Shown: positions 17,440-27,019, counted from the first letter of the stretch. The stretch: 50,237 nt of DNA from an uncultured Syntrophomonadaceae bacterium (GCA_964556555.1 CAZKWP010000001.1:7849-58085), one strand, 5' to 3'. Notes: a model not told the origin generated them from the sequence alone. Translations and numbers: made by a program.

Positions 17440-17471
17440 AAAAAGCCCCTACCTTTTTCGGGTAGGAGCTT
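17440..17471 (-). terminator. Rho-independent terminator after the LuxR-type gene
   Basis: Stem AGCCCCTACC / GGTAGGAGCT (one mismatch) with flanking A and T runs. It is a near-copy of the hairpin at 16127-16159. Confidence 0.6.
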
Positions 17472-17508
17472 AAAAATACATGATTTTAAGGGTTTTCAGG
17501 GCGCTGTT

Positions 17509-18975
17509 TCAACGAAGTTGCTCCATGATATCAATCAGTTCCGCGCGACTTTGTATATTGAATTTGGAATATATGTTTTTTACATAATACTTTACCGTGT
17601 TTTCACTTATGCATAGCTCATTGGCGATCACCCGATAGGTTTTCCCCTGAAGCAGACGGGACGCGACCTGAGCTTCCCGTTTCGAAAGGCCTTCGAACAG
17701 TGCGACGTTATGGACCTGACTGGTTTGCTCCGACGGAGGCATTGGCATTGATCCCGTCGAATAGCCGTGTTCGGTTAAATCAGAATATACCGTCAGATAG
17801 GCATGATCTTTAAGCAGGAACGATAAACGTTTATGCAATGGCGGTAAAAGGGCTAGGGTCACGCAAACCACTGTAAGCGCCAGCAAAGTAGGGTGCGGGC
17901 TGTACACGTCGGCAGAGGTGAAGGCATTACCGATTATCCCGCCTAACAATACGCCCAGTACATTAGCGGAAAGGCCGATGCCGAAAATTTTTGCTGGATT
18001 CTTATGGAACTCCAACATTTCGCCGAGGATGCTCCACCAGAACAAATCATACACACCGCAGGCTCCCAGCATCAGCGTATTGACTGCGAGATAGCTAATG
18101 ACCGAGCGGCCAAGGCTCATGAAACCGATAAACGAAAGCCCGATCATGGCAATGGCTACATAGAGTATGTAGGAGCGGTTTGTTTTCCGAGGCAGATTCC
18201 TCATGACAAAAAGTGCAATCATGTAAGGAATAGCCCAATACCAGCTTGTCAACCATTCCAGATGGGTAAAGGCAGGATTAATCACCTGATACATGAGCCC
18301 TGAGTTAATGCTGATAATCGTGATAAAAAGGAATAAAAAAATGAGAAGCCGCGCAATGCTTTTAGAACTGGTTTCGGGCTCGGACGAAGCAGGGGAAACG
18401 GCATCTTGGGTTGTGGGAAGCTTTAGAGCCAACAAAAATGCACTCAAAAGCATCAATATGGACAGAGTCAACCCGACAAGCGGAGCTAGGTGAATGGCAG
18501 CCATATTAAGCAATATCATCAGGATGTTAGACAGGATTAGCATATCCGCGATCATTTTGATACGTTCGTTTCTTGGCGTACCGCTTTTTAAGTAAAAGGC
18601 CCATGCTGCCACGCAGCCCCCGGCCAAAAATGAGCCGGCGATAATTCCTATCGTCCACAATTTAGATGGCGGGAAGAAAAAAACCACGGAAACCAGGATA
18701 AAAAAAAGATAAGAGCCTAAAAACAGGCGTTTTGTATTCTTTTTGTTTTTTATAAATAATCCGCAAAGTAACAAACCAGTGAAAATAGCTGCGATTCCGC
18801 CAAAGATCATCACGTCTGGAGATGAACCATAAAAACCGACAAGAGAATAGAGTATCTGGCCTTCAAAGAGGAATGCCAACATCCAGGCCGAAAAAAGGGA
18901 ATGAACAAGAATTGACAGATTTCGTTCATTAAGATTTATATATAACGCTCCGCGTTGACCGCCATTAACTAACAT
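17509..18975 (-). CDS. Polytopic membrane protein fused to a C-terminal LuxR/FixJ-type HTH (one-component membrane LuxR regulator)
   Basis: About 10-12 TM helices over about 400 aa are followed by LSKREAQVASRLLQGKTYRVIANELCISENTVKYYVKNIYSKFNIQSRAELI, a GerE/LuxR HTH. Confidence 0.8.
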   Translation of the reverse strand: MLVNGGQRGALYINLNERNLSILVHSLFSAWMLAFLFEGQILYSLVGFYGSSPDVMIFGGIAAIFTGLLLCGLFIKNKKNTKRLFLGSYLFFILVSVVFFFPPSKLWTIGIIAGSFLAGGCVAAWAFYLKSGTPRNERIKMIADMLILSNILMILLNMAAIHLAPLVGLTLSILMLLSAFLLALKLPTTQDAVSPASSEPETSSKSIARLLIFLFLFITIISINSGLMYQVINPAFTHLEWLTSWYWAIPYMIALFVMRNLPRKTNRSYILYVAIAMIGLSFIGFMSLGRSVISYLAVNTLMLGACGVYDLFWWSILGEMLEFHKNPAKIFGIGLSANVLGVLLGGIIGNAFTSADVYSPHPTLLALTVVCVTLALLPPLHKRLSFLLKDHAYLTVYSDLTEHGYSTGSMPMPPSEQTSQVHNVALFEGLSKREAQVASRLLQGKTYRVIANELCISENTVKYYVKNIYSKFNIQSRAELIDIMEQLR

Positions 18976-19148
18976 TTTATCGTCTCCCAGGGTTGTACCG
19001 AACTATATGTAACGTCGAATTTATCATAGGAAGTTCACAGAATAGAAGTTAATTTTCAGGGTCAGTTGGCCGGGGTAGTCAACTCACTCCTTAAAACCGC
19101 ATTATACTTTAAATGCCGCAGATGTCAATCAAAAAAACTGGCTGCACA

Positions 19149-19183
19149 TAAAAAACCCCTGTTGCCCCATAAGGCTACAGGGG
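19149..19183 (-). terminator. Rho-independent terminator of the coiled-coil gene
   Basis: The minus strand reads CCCCTGT..(loop)..ACAGGGG followed by TTTTTTAT. Confidence 0.7.
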
Positions 19184-19259
19184 AGGGGGGTTAATTTAAA
19201 CAGAGGATTACTAAGCCTAACTTTGATCTATAAGATCCAGGCAAAAAATCTCCGGCTTC

Positions 19260-20342
19260 TCAGTTGGGAACGCCTTGCTCCCGGTCGACCGGCACCGGGT
19301 TATCTTTAGGGGTCGACCAACGGCTTAAAAAGTTGACAAAGGCCATGGCCGACCGCACCAGCCAGCTGTTTAGCTGTTCATCCTGGATGGCTTTCTGCCG
19401 CAGGGACTTATCCAGTTTCCTTTGCAGGGATGCATTATTGGAATTTAGCATTTCCGCTTTCAGTTCAATTCCGTCAATCAGCCTTTCTAACTCTTCCCGC
19501 TCGCGTTTAAGATCCTGCAGTTCCCGCAGCAGTTTGCTGCACTCCCCTTGGCGGATTCTAACCTCGGCTTTTAAGTTATCCAGGGTTTTGGTATAACGGC
19601 TCTCCATTTCCTGCCGAATTTTTTTTAGATCCTGCACCTGCCGGTCGAGGCCGGTGTTTTGGGCCAGCAGAACATCAAACGATTCCTGTAGTTCACCATA
19701 GCTTTTTTTCGTCTCCCGGACTTCCCGACTGAGACTGGCGTTATCCTGGGCCTTTTGTTTTAACTCCGTGCGCAGACCGCTGATTTCTTTTTCTGCTGCG
19801 CCTATTTTTTGCTGCAGCGTTATAATCTCTTTGGCCAGCTGGACTTTTTCTTTTTCCTGAGCCTGTTTTTCTAGACGGGCTTCTTCCAGTTGCAGCCGGT
19901 TTTTTTCCAGGGTGGTCTCCAGCGCCTTCTGCTGGTTTTGGCGTTCCTCCAAGTCTTTGCTGAACTGGATCAATTCCGTCTGGTAACTGGCAATCGTCCG
20001 ATTTCGGTTCCGGGCCTCTTCTTCCAGACGCGTTATCCGTTGTTTATGAGCGCGAATTTTTTTTTGCTGCTCCTGGATTAAGGTGTCTTTTCTTTTAACT
20101 CGGGACTCCAGGGAATTTATCTGGTCTACCTCAAAAATTAATTCATCTATACTGGGATTTAATCCGGGGTAGTTTTTCAAGGCGACGGGCTGATTCTCAG
20201 GGATTACCATCTTAACTGGCATCGGCTGCGCCAATTTTGTATCCGGAACTACGTTTACGTTTATTTCTTTGCCTTCAATAATTTCTTTAACCTCTTTACG
20301 GTCTAAAGGAATTCTTGATTTACGAGGCTTTACCTTTCCCAT
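19260..20342 (-). CDS. Coiled-coil protein of unknown function
   Basis: 360 aa. Residues about 75-320 are an uninterrupted heptad-like E/K/Q/L-rich sequence. The RBS-like sequence GGGGGAAG lies upstream of the ATG. Confidence 0.6.
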   Translation of the reverse strand: MGKVKPRKSRIPLDRKEVKEIIEGKEINVNVVPDTKLAQPMPVKMVIPENQPVALKNYPGLNPSIDELIFEVDQINSLESRVKRKDTLIQEQQKKIRAHKQRITRLEEEARNRNRTIASYQTELIQFSKDLEERQNQQKALETTLEKNRLQLEEARLEKQAQEKEKVQLAKEIITLQQKIGAAEKEISGLRTELKQKAQDNASLSREVRETKKSYGELQESFDVLLAQNTGLDRQVQDLKKIRQEMESRYTKTLDNLKAEVRIRQGECSKLLRELQDLKREREELERLIDGIELKAEMLNSNNASLQRKLDKSLRQKAIQDEQLNSWLVRSAMAFVNFLSRWSTPKDNPVPVDREQGVPN

Positions 20343-20477
20343 TTTAACTTCCCCCTGTCAGGTTACAATTTATGTAATATTTATTTCGCCCATTTACTTT
20401 ATTTTCCTGCAGAGGATTTTGTAAAATTCTGACAAGGTATGAAGGTTTACTGGAGGAAAACGGCCAATATATCGACA

Positions 20478-20512
20478 AAGAAAATAATCAGCCCCTGCCA
20501 AAGCAAGGGCTG
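20478..20512 (-). terminator. Putative terminator after the Zn-ribbon gene
   Basis: The minus strand reads CAGCCCTTG..CAGGGGCTG (one mismatch) followed by ATTATTTTCTTT. Confidence 0.5.
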
Positions 20513-20589
20513 TGAAAAGTTTAATTGAAAAAGTTTAACTTGAACGAAGTTTAAAGCTTTCCTGTTTCTTTCTGCTTACTAGTTACTTA

Positions 20590-20784
20590 CTACATTGGTT
20601 TCTTGGGTTTTAAGGACTCATCCGCGTCATAACGGGCTTTGTTGCTGCATTTGTAGCAAATATAAATAACTTTTTCATTCAGCCGGATCTTTTCATAATC
20701 CTTATGTCCGGCTGGAACATTCTCTTTCGCCCCACAAAACGCACAGCGGGTCTGAACCACCTTTTCCTCTTGCGCTGTATCCAT
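20590..20784 (-). CDS. Small zinc-ribbon protein (YlaI/DUF2197-like)
   Basis: The start is placed at the ATG at 20784, which is 8 nt after AAGGAGG. The product is 64 aa with CAFC...CYKC (two CxxC pairs). The longer track ORF has no RBS. Confidence 0.5.
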   Translation of the reverse strand: MDTAQEEKVVQTRCAFCGAKENVPAGHKDYEKIRLNEKVIYICYKCSNKARYDADESLKPKKPM

Positions 20785-20916
20785 CCGCATTCCCTCCTTG
20801 TCTGCACTTAGAGGCATTTGCCCAAGTATTAACCCTATATTAATGTATTCGCTACTTTTTTGTTTTCTCCTTTTTAAAACCATTTTTCTTTACTAAAAAA
20901 ACGAAACTAACCCTAA

Positions 20917-21594
20917 TCATCTGGTTAAAACTCGCCAGAGGTCCGGTTCGCACAAGTCCTTTAAACGCACCTCGGAAAATTTCCGGCCTCCGCTAAAAGG
21001 CGTCGCCGGCCAATCCTTAAGGGATAATTGCACTTTCCGGCCAGCATCCACCGGCGGGTTTTCCTCTATATTTACCCCCTTAGCGCACAGGGCGAGCAAC
21101 CATTCCCGAATCAGTTCATCCTCGCCCCGGTTTACTACGGCTTCCCGCAGCTGCTGCGCCCTTAAAGTACTGGGACAACAGATAAAGGTTTCACAGACCA
21201 GAGGTCTGAAGGCATAAATTTTACACCGAAAACTCCGGGGATCTAAAAAAAGGCAGGCCCCGTTCGCCTGGCGTTTAAGAGTGATATCTGCCACCGGTCC
21301 CTGGGCTGCTGTGTGTCCCCACATTTTAACCGCCGTTAAAACCGACTTTGGAGGCAAAGATAAATTCTGCCGCAGATTATCCAGGTCAACCACGGTCAGG
21401 GGTATTCGCTCCTGACAGCAGCGGTTGCAGCCAGCGCAGTCGCTAAGTTCGGGCTGCCGGGATCGGTACCAGCGAGCGTCATCCGACCAGCGGTTAATGG
21501 CCTGCCGATAATCTTCAATGGTCGCCCCCTGGTGATTTAGACGGACATCGTAGCCCAACTGCCCCCGCCAGTAATAATCAATTATTTCAACCAT
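20917..21594 (-). CDS. YkgJ-family (UPF0153) cysteine-cluster protein
   Basis: CAGCNRCCQERIPLT... plus the later C-rich segments CLFL..CKIY..RPLVCETFICC fit the CxxCxxCC YkgJ/flagellin N-methylase-like zinc/iron-chelating domain. The ATG at 21594 follows GAAGGA. Confidence 0.65.
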   Translation of the reverse strand: MVEIIDYYWRGQLGYDVRLNHQGATIEDYRQAINRWSDDARWYRSRQPELSDCAGCNRCCQERIPLTVVDLDNLRQNLSLPPKSVLTAVKMWGHTAAQGPVADITLKRQANGACLFLDPRSFRCKIYAFRPLVCETFICCPSTLRAQQLREAVVNRGEDELIREWLLALCAKGVNIEENPPVDAGRKVQLSLKDWPATPFSGGRKFSEVRLKDLCEPDLWRVLTR

Positions 21595-21655
21595 ACCTAA
21601 TCCTTCTCTTATCAATCTGTAAATTTATGATTTACCTGGGTTTTACCTGCATTCA

Positions 21656-21979
21656 TCAAGGCAAGACCTTAATGTACTCGACCCGGGCGTAATTAAAAAC
21701 CGCGATAACCTGCCCCGCCTGGTCATACACGTAGTTTACAGAGGAACCGCCTTGTAAGGTAATGCCGCTTTGGGAAATGTTCAAATCGCGGACATAACCA
21801 ACCAGGGGCTCAGTATTTCCGGTAAAATGAACTTCTACCCGAGTCAGGGCCAAAGGCTCTTCCGCTGCAGGCTGCTTAATCACCGGCAATTGACACCCCG
21901 TTAAACCAAACAGCAGGGGCAAAAGCGCCAAAATCATCCCGATTTGCTTTAAGCCGGGTTTCCCGCGACCATTGTTCAA
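21656..21979 (-). CDS. Small lipoprotein of unknown function
   Basis: Signal peptide with lipobox LFGLTGC. 107 aa. Confidence 0.5.
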   Translation of the reverse strand: MNNGRGKPGLKQIGMILALLPLLFGLTGCQLPVIKQPAAEEPLALTRVEVHFTGNTEPLVGYVRDLNISQSGITLQGGSSVNYVYDQAGQVIAVFNYARVEYIKVLP

Positions 21980-22077
21980 ATGCTTCCCTCCTTTGAACCT
22001 TGATATAAAACTTATATTAATTATATATAAAGAAGACTAAAAATTTAAAAACGCTTAAGCTGAAAGACAACCCTAGT

Positions 22078-24513
22078 TTACTTCTCCGTCGGCGGTTTTT
22101 TATCTTTAGCTGATATGCCGGGCCCAGCGGAACGCCGGCTTTTTTGGGCCCAGGCCTTTAGTTGCTTATCCACCAAGTAGTGGACTCCGCCCCGGGTAAA
22201 GCGGCCGTTTTTGTCTTTTCTCCCGGCTGCCACCCCGGTCAATAGTTCAATTCCTTGCTCCACGGTCCTAATCGCCCAGATGTGGAACTGGCCGGCCTCG
22301 ATGGCTTCCACTACCTCTTCCTCCAGCATCAGGTTCCGCACGTTTTGCTGAGGGATGATCACCCCTTGCTGATTATTCAAGCCGCGTTCCTTGCAAACAC
22401 GGTAAAAGCCTTCGATCTTGTAGTTGATTCCGCCGACTGGCTGGATTTCTCCCCGTTGGTTGACCGAGCCGGTGACGGCAATGCCTTGGTCAATGGGCAA
22501 GCCGGCCAAGCTGGAGAGTAAGGCGAACAGTTCAGCGCTGGAGGCGCTGTCCCCGTCGATTCCTCCATACAGCTGTTCAAAAGCGAGACTGGCGGAAAGG
22601 GCCAGCGGTTTATCCTGCGCGTACTTTGCTCCTAAATAGCCGCTTAAGGTCAAAACTCCCTTATCGTGGATCTGTCCGCTCATGCGGGTTTCCCGTTCGA
22701 TGTTGACCACCCCGCGTTCGCCCATAAAAGTTTGGGCCGTAATGCGGGAGGGTTTGCCAAAAGCATAGTCTCCCAGACTGTAAACAGCCAGGCCGTTGAC
22801 TTGACCCACTACCGTTCCTTCGGTATCAATCATGATCGTGCCTTCCTGGATCAATTCCTGCATCTTCAGTTCAATCCGGTTGGAACGAAAGTCTTTCTCT
22901 TTAATGGCTTTATCAACGTGGCTGGCCATAACCAGCGGCGCGTCCTCGATACGCGCCCAGTTCGCGGCTTCCACCACTACTTCGCCGATCTGATTGAATA
23001 AGGTGGACAGCTTGTTTTGGTCATCTGCCAAGCGCGAACTGTGCTCCACAATCCGGGCCACTGCGGTGCGATCAAAATGTTTCAGATTATCCCGGTAGCA
23101 GGCAGAACTGATGAAACTCGCATAATTATCCATGTATTTGCGGGAGCGGTCTACTTCGGTATCAAAATCAGCCCGGATCTTAAACAATTTCCGAAAGTCT
23201 TCATCATAAGCATAAAGCAAATCATAAATGTACGTTTCGCCAAGCAAAATCACCTTTAAGTTAATCGGAATGGGTTGGGGATCCAAAGTTACGGCCCCCC
23301 CTAAATTCAGGTTGCGAAACACGCTTTCAATTACCACTTCTCGATTCCGCAAGGTTCGCTTTAAGGTATCCCAGACCTGATAGTTTTTCAGCACATCGGC
23401 GGCCTGAAGGATCAAGTATCCGCCATTGGCCTGGTGAATCGCGCCTTTTTTAACTTTGGTAAAATCGGTTGATAAAACCCCGAATTCACCCTCGTATTCA
23501 ATTGTACCGAAAAGCTTGGCAAAATTGGGGTTTTTCTCCTCCACCAAAGGGGCACCTTTAACTTCGGCATTGTCGACCAGCAGGTTGACCTGATAGCGGT
23601 TAAAAATATTCTGCCGGTTAAAGCGCAAAAAGAGGGACATCGGATTTTGGGCTTCCTCCCCTTTGTCCACAAAAATATCGAGATTATCCAGAAGATCATT
23701 TTCTACGTCTTCCAGGTACTCGATCACTTCAGGGAAATCCGCAAACTCTGTCATGATTTCTTTAGTCAACGGCCCAATCGTTCCGTGGCCGATTTCTTTA
23801 TTCAGTTTTAAAACCCGGCTTTTAACTGTGCGTTCCAACTCCTTGTAGCGCCACATCGACTCATTCATCTTTTGCTGCACCTTGCGGTTGCGTTCCTGGA
23901 TATCTTCTTTGACCTCTTCCGGCAAGTTTTCGTAGTCTTCATCCCCGACCGGCTCCCCGTCGATCAGGGGGATGCTCGCTAGCCCGTTGCTGGTCCGGGA
24001 GATGCCAAACCCCAACTCTTTAGCCGCATTTTCTAATTCCTGATAGACCTCGTTAGTGTCCACATAAAATTTTTCTAAGATTTTGCTCTTTAATTTCTCG
24101 TAATCTTCTCCGCTAAAAACCTGCGGCAGCTCTTTTCTTAACTCTTCCACCAACTGCGCCATGGCTTCTTTTAATTTAGCCCCTCGCCCTGGGGGCAGAC
24201 AAAGGGACCTTGGTTTGTCCTTAAATTTAAAATTATATAAATACAACCAGTCGTTAGGCTGGGTACCTTTTTCCGCCAGGTCTTTAACCAGTTTGCAGGT
24301 CGAAGAGGTTTTACCGGTGCCGGCCGGGCCGGTGACAAAAATGTTGTAGCCATGACTTTCGACCTGCAGTCCAAATTGGATTGCTCCTTTAGCCCTTTCT
24401 TGGCCGATAAATCCGTGCAGCGGGGAAACCTGTTCGGTAGTTTCAAACTCGAACTGCGTGTAGTCGCATTGATGCCTTAATTGTGCTCCGGCAACTCGGA
24501 GGGCTTTTTTCAT
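22078..24513 (-). CDS. Lon-family ATP-dependent protease, LonC/COG1067-like, with a long helical insertion in the AAA module
   Basis: Walker A is GPAGTGKTS. An acidic/helical insertion of about 180 aa follows it. The C-terminal Lon proteolytic domain carries IDGDSASSAEL (Ser) and ..GGINYKIEGF (Lys). The start is placed at the ATG at 24513 (MKKALRV), after AAAGGAAGG. Confidence 0.85.
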   Translation of the reverse strand: MKKALRVAGAQLRHQCDYTQFEFETTEQVSPLHGFIGQERAKGAIQFGLQVESHGYNIFVTGPAGTGKTSSTCKLVKDLAEKGTQPNDWLYLYNFKFKDKPRSLCLPPGRGAKLKEAMAQLVEELRKELPQVFSGEDYEKLKSKILEKFYVDTNEVYQELENAAKELGFGISRTSNGLASIPLIDGEPVGDEDYENLPEEVKEDIQERNRKVQQKMNESMWRYKELERTVKSRVLKLNKEIGHGTIGPLTKEIMTEFADFPEVIEYLEDVENDLLDNLDIFVDKGEEAQNPMSLFLRFNRQNIFNRYQVNLLVDNAEVKGAPLVEEKNPNFAKLFGTIEYEGEFGVLSTDFTKVKKGAIHQANGGYLILQAADVLKNYQVWDTLKRTLRNREVVIESVFRNLNLGGAVTLDPQPIPINLKVILLGETYIYDLLYAYDEDFRKLFKIRADFDTEVDRSRKYMDNYASFISSACYRDNLKHFDRTAVARIVEHSSRLADDQNKLSTLFNQIGEVVVEAANWARIEDAPLVMASHVDKAIKEKDFRSNRIELKMQELIQEGTIMIDTEGTVVGQVNGLAVYSLGDYAFGKPSRITAQTFMGERGVVNIERETRMSGQIHDKGVLTLSGYLGAKYAQDKPLALSASLAFEQLYGGIDGDSASSAELFALLSSLAGLPIDQGIAVTGSVNQRGEIQPVGGINYKIEGFYRVCKERGLNNQQGVIIPQQNVRNLMLEEEVVEAIEAGQFHIWAIRTVEQGIELLTGVAAGRKDKNGRFTRGGVHYLVDKQLKAWAQKSRRSAGPGISAKDKKPPTEK

Positions 24514-24807
24514 CTTGCTTTGGCCTTCCTTTCTTACTCCTGGACCCAATAATACTTATACGCTGCATATCTTCGACAAACGCTTGGTTATTTCCTGCTG
24601 CCCACCTGGAATGGCTAAAATCTTTGATTTTGGCTGGAAAAGAAAAGACCTCCGGTGAAGGAGGCAATGTAGTGAAGGAGGGTATGTAAAGTTAAAAAAG
24701 CAATTCAATTCTTTATTATAAATATTAGACACAATTTAGAAAATTCCTGCTAGATGAAAAAATATTTTTACCAAATATACTAAAACTTTTACGCCTGTCC
24801 CTTGGCT

Positions 24808-24843
24808 TTGAAAAACCAAACGCAAGGCGGCTAGCCCTGCGTT
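24808..24843 (-). terminator. Putative terminator downstream of the HEAT-repeat gene
   Basis: The minus strand reads AACGCAGGG..CCTTGCGTT (one mismatch) followed by TGGTTTTTC. Confidence 0.4.
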
Positions 24844-24961
24844 CTTGCACATTCTTGACTTTCATCGGAATCCTCTATCCTAAATTTAGCGGAACTCATC
24901 GAAACCCTTTACTTTACTTAGGCCCTTCATGAAACCCGGCGAATTTGGCCTAAGTTGCTTT

Positions 24962-26896
24962 TTAGGCCTCCTCCAGAGTTGGGTTCAAAACCTTCGCTTC
25001 CAAACGGGCGACGACTGCCTCCAGCAGCACGACAAAAGCTACGCCGGGATCAAAATCCCCATTTGCACTATACATGGGCACAGGGGTTAAGCCCTTTTGT
25101 ATACAGGAACCGGTCCTTTTCATCTCCTGCAAAACCTTCAGGGGAGCATAATCCCCCTGCTCCATGATCCGCTCTAAGGCGTGCAGGGCATTAGCCCGAA
25201 CCAAATACTTTTCTTGCGGGTCCTGCACCAGTTTCAAAAGAATCCGAGCCAAATCGGGGTTAGTCAGACGATCCAGACAGCCCGCTACTGTTCCCCTGAT
25301 TATCTCCGCTTCTTGCCGGTTTAACAAAATCTTGAGTAAAACCCACTGGGAGCGCTCCCGGGCAGTCGGGGTTAAACTGGGCGTGCTCGCTATAATCCTT
25401 GGCTCTTCCGCTAAAACGCCCAAATTAATCCGGTGTCCCAAAATATCGTATACCATACTGGAATCCCCGCCATCAATAACCGAAAATATTGTCCATATCG
25501 TGGTTCGGCGCACCTCTTCCGGCCAACCCGACCGCGCGGTGAGGGTAAATAACTGATCAATAACCTCTTCGCCTCCGATTACCCCTAGCTGTTCGATGAC
25601 AGCGCACAGGAAGGGCAGCGGTAAATCTATTTGGTATAAAAGCCGGTTTAACATCCGAACGTTTTTCTTAGTCCGGGGAAGATAAGCAATACACTGCTGC
25701 CGAGTTTCCCAAGAGAAACTACCGCTTTCTACAATCCGGGCAAACACCCGGTCTACTTCACGCCCTGGATAACGGGAAAGAACCGTAGCGGCCCAGTGCA
25801 ATACTTCTTCGGAATGGGTAGGATCCTGCAGCAGCTCTATGAGCGGCCGCCGAAAAACCGAAAAGGTGCGCTCGTTTTCAGCTAAAAGAAAAAGAATCCT
25901 GCGCCGGGCCAAATCCGAGCCTTCGTTTAAGATCTCCACCAGTTTTATCTGCAGTTTGCGTTGATTTAAGTGCCGGGAAATTAAGGCGCAGACATCCCGA
26001 AACAGCGGCCAGTGCGCCGATTCCATGGTGCAGAACAATTGTAAAACAGGAGGGACAATCTGGGCAGCCGGGGCATTTCCCAAAGCCCGTATCACGGCAT
26101 AGCGCACGGCTGGACTAGGTTCATCCAGCATTTCCACTAACCGGTTTTTAATCGGCAGCAGCCGGCCTTGCACTTTCTGAAAAAATTTAACGCCTAAAAA
26201 GCGCCGCGCTTCCACCGGGTCATAAAGCAGCTGTAAAATTTGCTGCAGCGCTGCTTCCGTCCCAGTGGCGAGATTGTGCCTCAAGAAATGCACTGCCTTT
26301 TCTTCTTCCCCACGCAGCAGCCAGGTTACCGGCTCAGCCCCTTTTGCTAATGCCGGGTAACTGGATATTTTCATCTTGACTCGATTAATCAAAGACGAGA
26401 TTTCCTGGACATACTCTCGAGTCCAGTCTGGCGTCCCTTCCCCTTCCAGTGCGGGGACCGGATTATGCAAATGGACCAGCACCTGTTCGGCTATTTTTAA
26501 TATTTCAGAGGCAAACTCCACGTAAGGCAGTCTAAATTCCTGCCGCTGCACATATTCTTCCAGATCGTTTTCGGGGAAATGGCTGTTGATATGGTACAAG
26601 TCTGAAAGCACGACCTCATTTCCCTCAAAACGGACACTAAAATCAGCTAAACGGGGGCACAGCTGTTCCTGCGTACAGCCACAGGGAAACAGCACTTCGT
26701 CTAAAGCGATTTCCTCAAAATCAAGTGCAGCTAGATGGCCTTTAAGCGCGGCCAGCAATAAACGGTGCACCGCGGGCGCCAGACTCCAAAGTTCTCCGAA
26801 AAAAAACACCCGCTCGCCAATAATTAAATCCACACTGGCGAACAAGCCGTCCTCCCGGGAAACAGTCAGCCAATCATAGGTTATAATCCGAAACAA
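24962..26896 (-). CDS. HEAT/armadillo-type repeat protein of unknown function
   Basis: 644 aa, with repeated LxxLLxDPxxxVRxxAxxALxxI-type units (for example LVEMLDEPSPAVRYAVIRALG and LLKLVQDPQEKYLVRANALHALERI). Confidence 0.65.
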   Translation of the reverse strand: MFRIITYDWLTVSREDGLFASVDLIIGERVFFFGELWSLAPAVHRLLLAALKGHLAALDFEEIALDEVLFPCGCTQEQLCPRLADFSVRFEGNEVVLSDLYHINSHFPENDLEEYVQRQEFRLPYVEFASEILKIAEQVLVHLHNPVPALEGEGTPDWTREYVQEISSLINRVKMKISSYPALAKGAEPVTWLLRGEEEKAVHFLRHNLATGTEAALQQILQLLYDPVEARRFLGVKFFQKVQGRLLPIKNRLVEMLDEPSPAVRYAVIRALGNAPAAQIVPPVLQLFCTMESAHWPLFRDVCALISRHLNQRKLQIKLVEILNEGSDLARRRILFLLAENERTFSVFRRPLIELLQDPTHSEEVLHWAATVLSRYPGREVDRVFARIVESGSFSWETRQQCIAYLPRTKKNVRMLNRLLYQIDLPLPFLCAVIEQLGVIGGEEVIDQLFTLTARSGWPEEVRRTTIWTIFSVIDGGDSSMVYDILGHRINLGVLAEEPRIIASTPSLTPTARERSQWVLLKILLNRQEAEIIRGTVAGCLDRLTNPDLARILLKLVQDPQEKYLVRANALHALERIMEQGDYAPLKVLQEMKRTGSCIQKGLTPVPMYSANGDFDPGVAFVVLLEAVVARLEAKVLNPTLEEA

Positions 26897-27019
26897 AGCC
26901 TCTCCCCCTTGTTGGTGCGCTGACCAAACCTGTGATTACTACTCGTAATATAATACGCTAATTCCAAACCAGGAACAAGAGAAACGTCCCGGAAAAAAAC
27001 GGTCACGGGGCTGGTTTAG

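Noticed and set aside
16127-17471. Twin hairpins as inverted or direct terminal repeats of a mobile element
   Set aside because: There is no transposase, integrase or target-site duplication. The repeats are terminator-shaped hairpins in the same orientation after stop codons.
22078-24513. Lon-like protease as BrxL of a BREX defence system
   Set aside because: No PglZ, PglX methyltransferase, BrxA/B/C or other BREX partners are present in the flanking 10 kb. The neighbours are housekeeping or sporulation-type genes.
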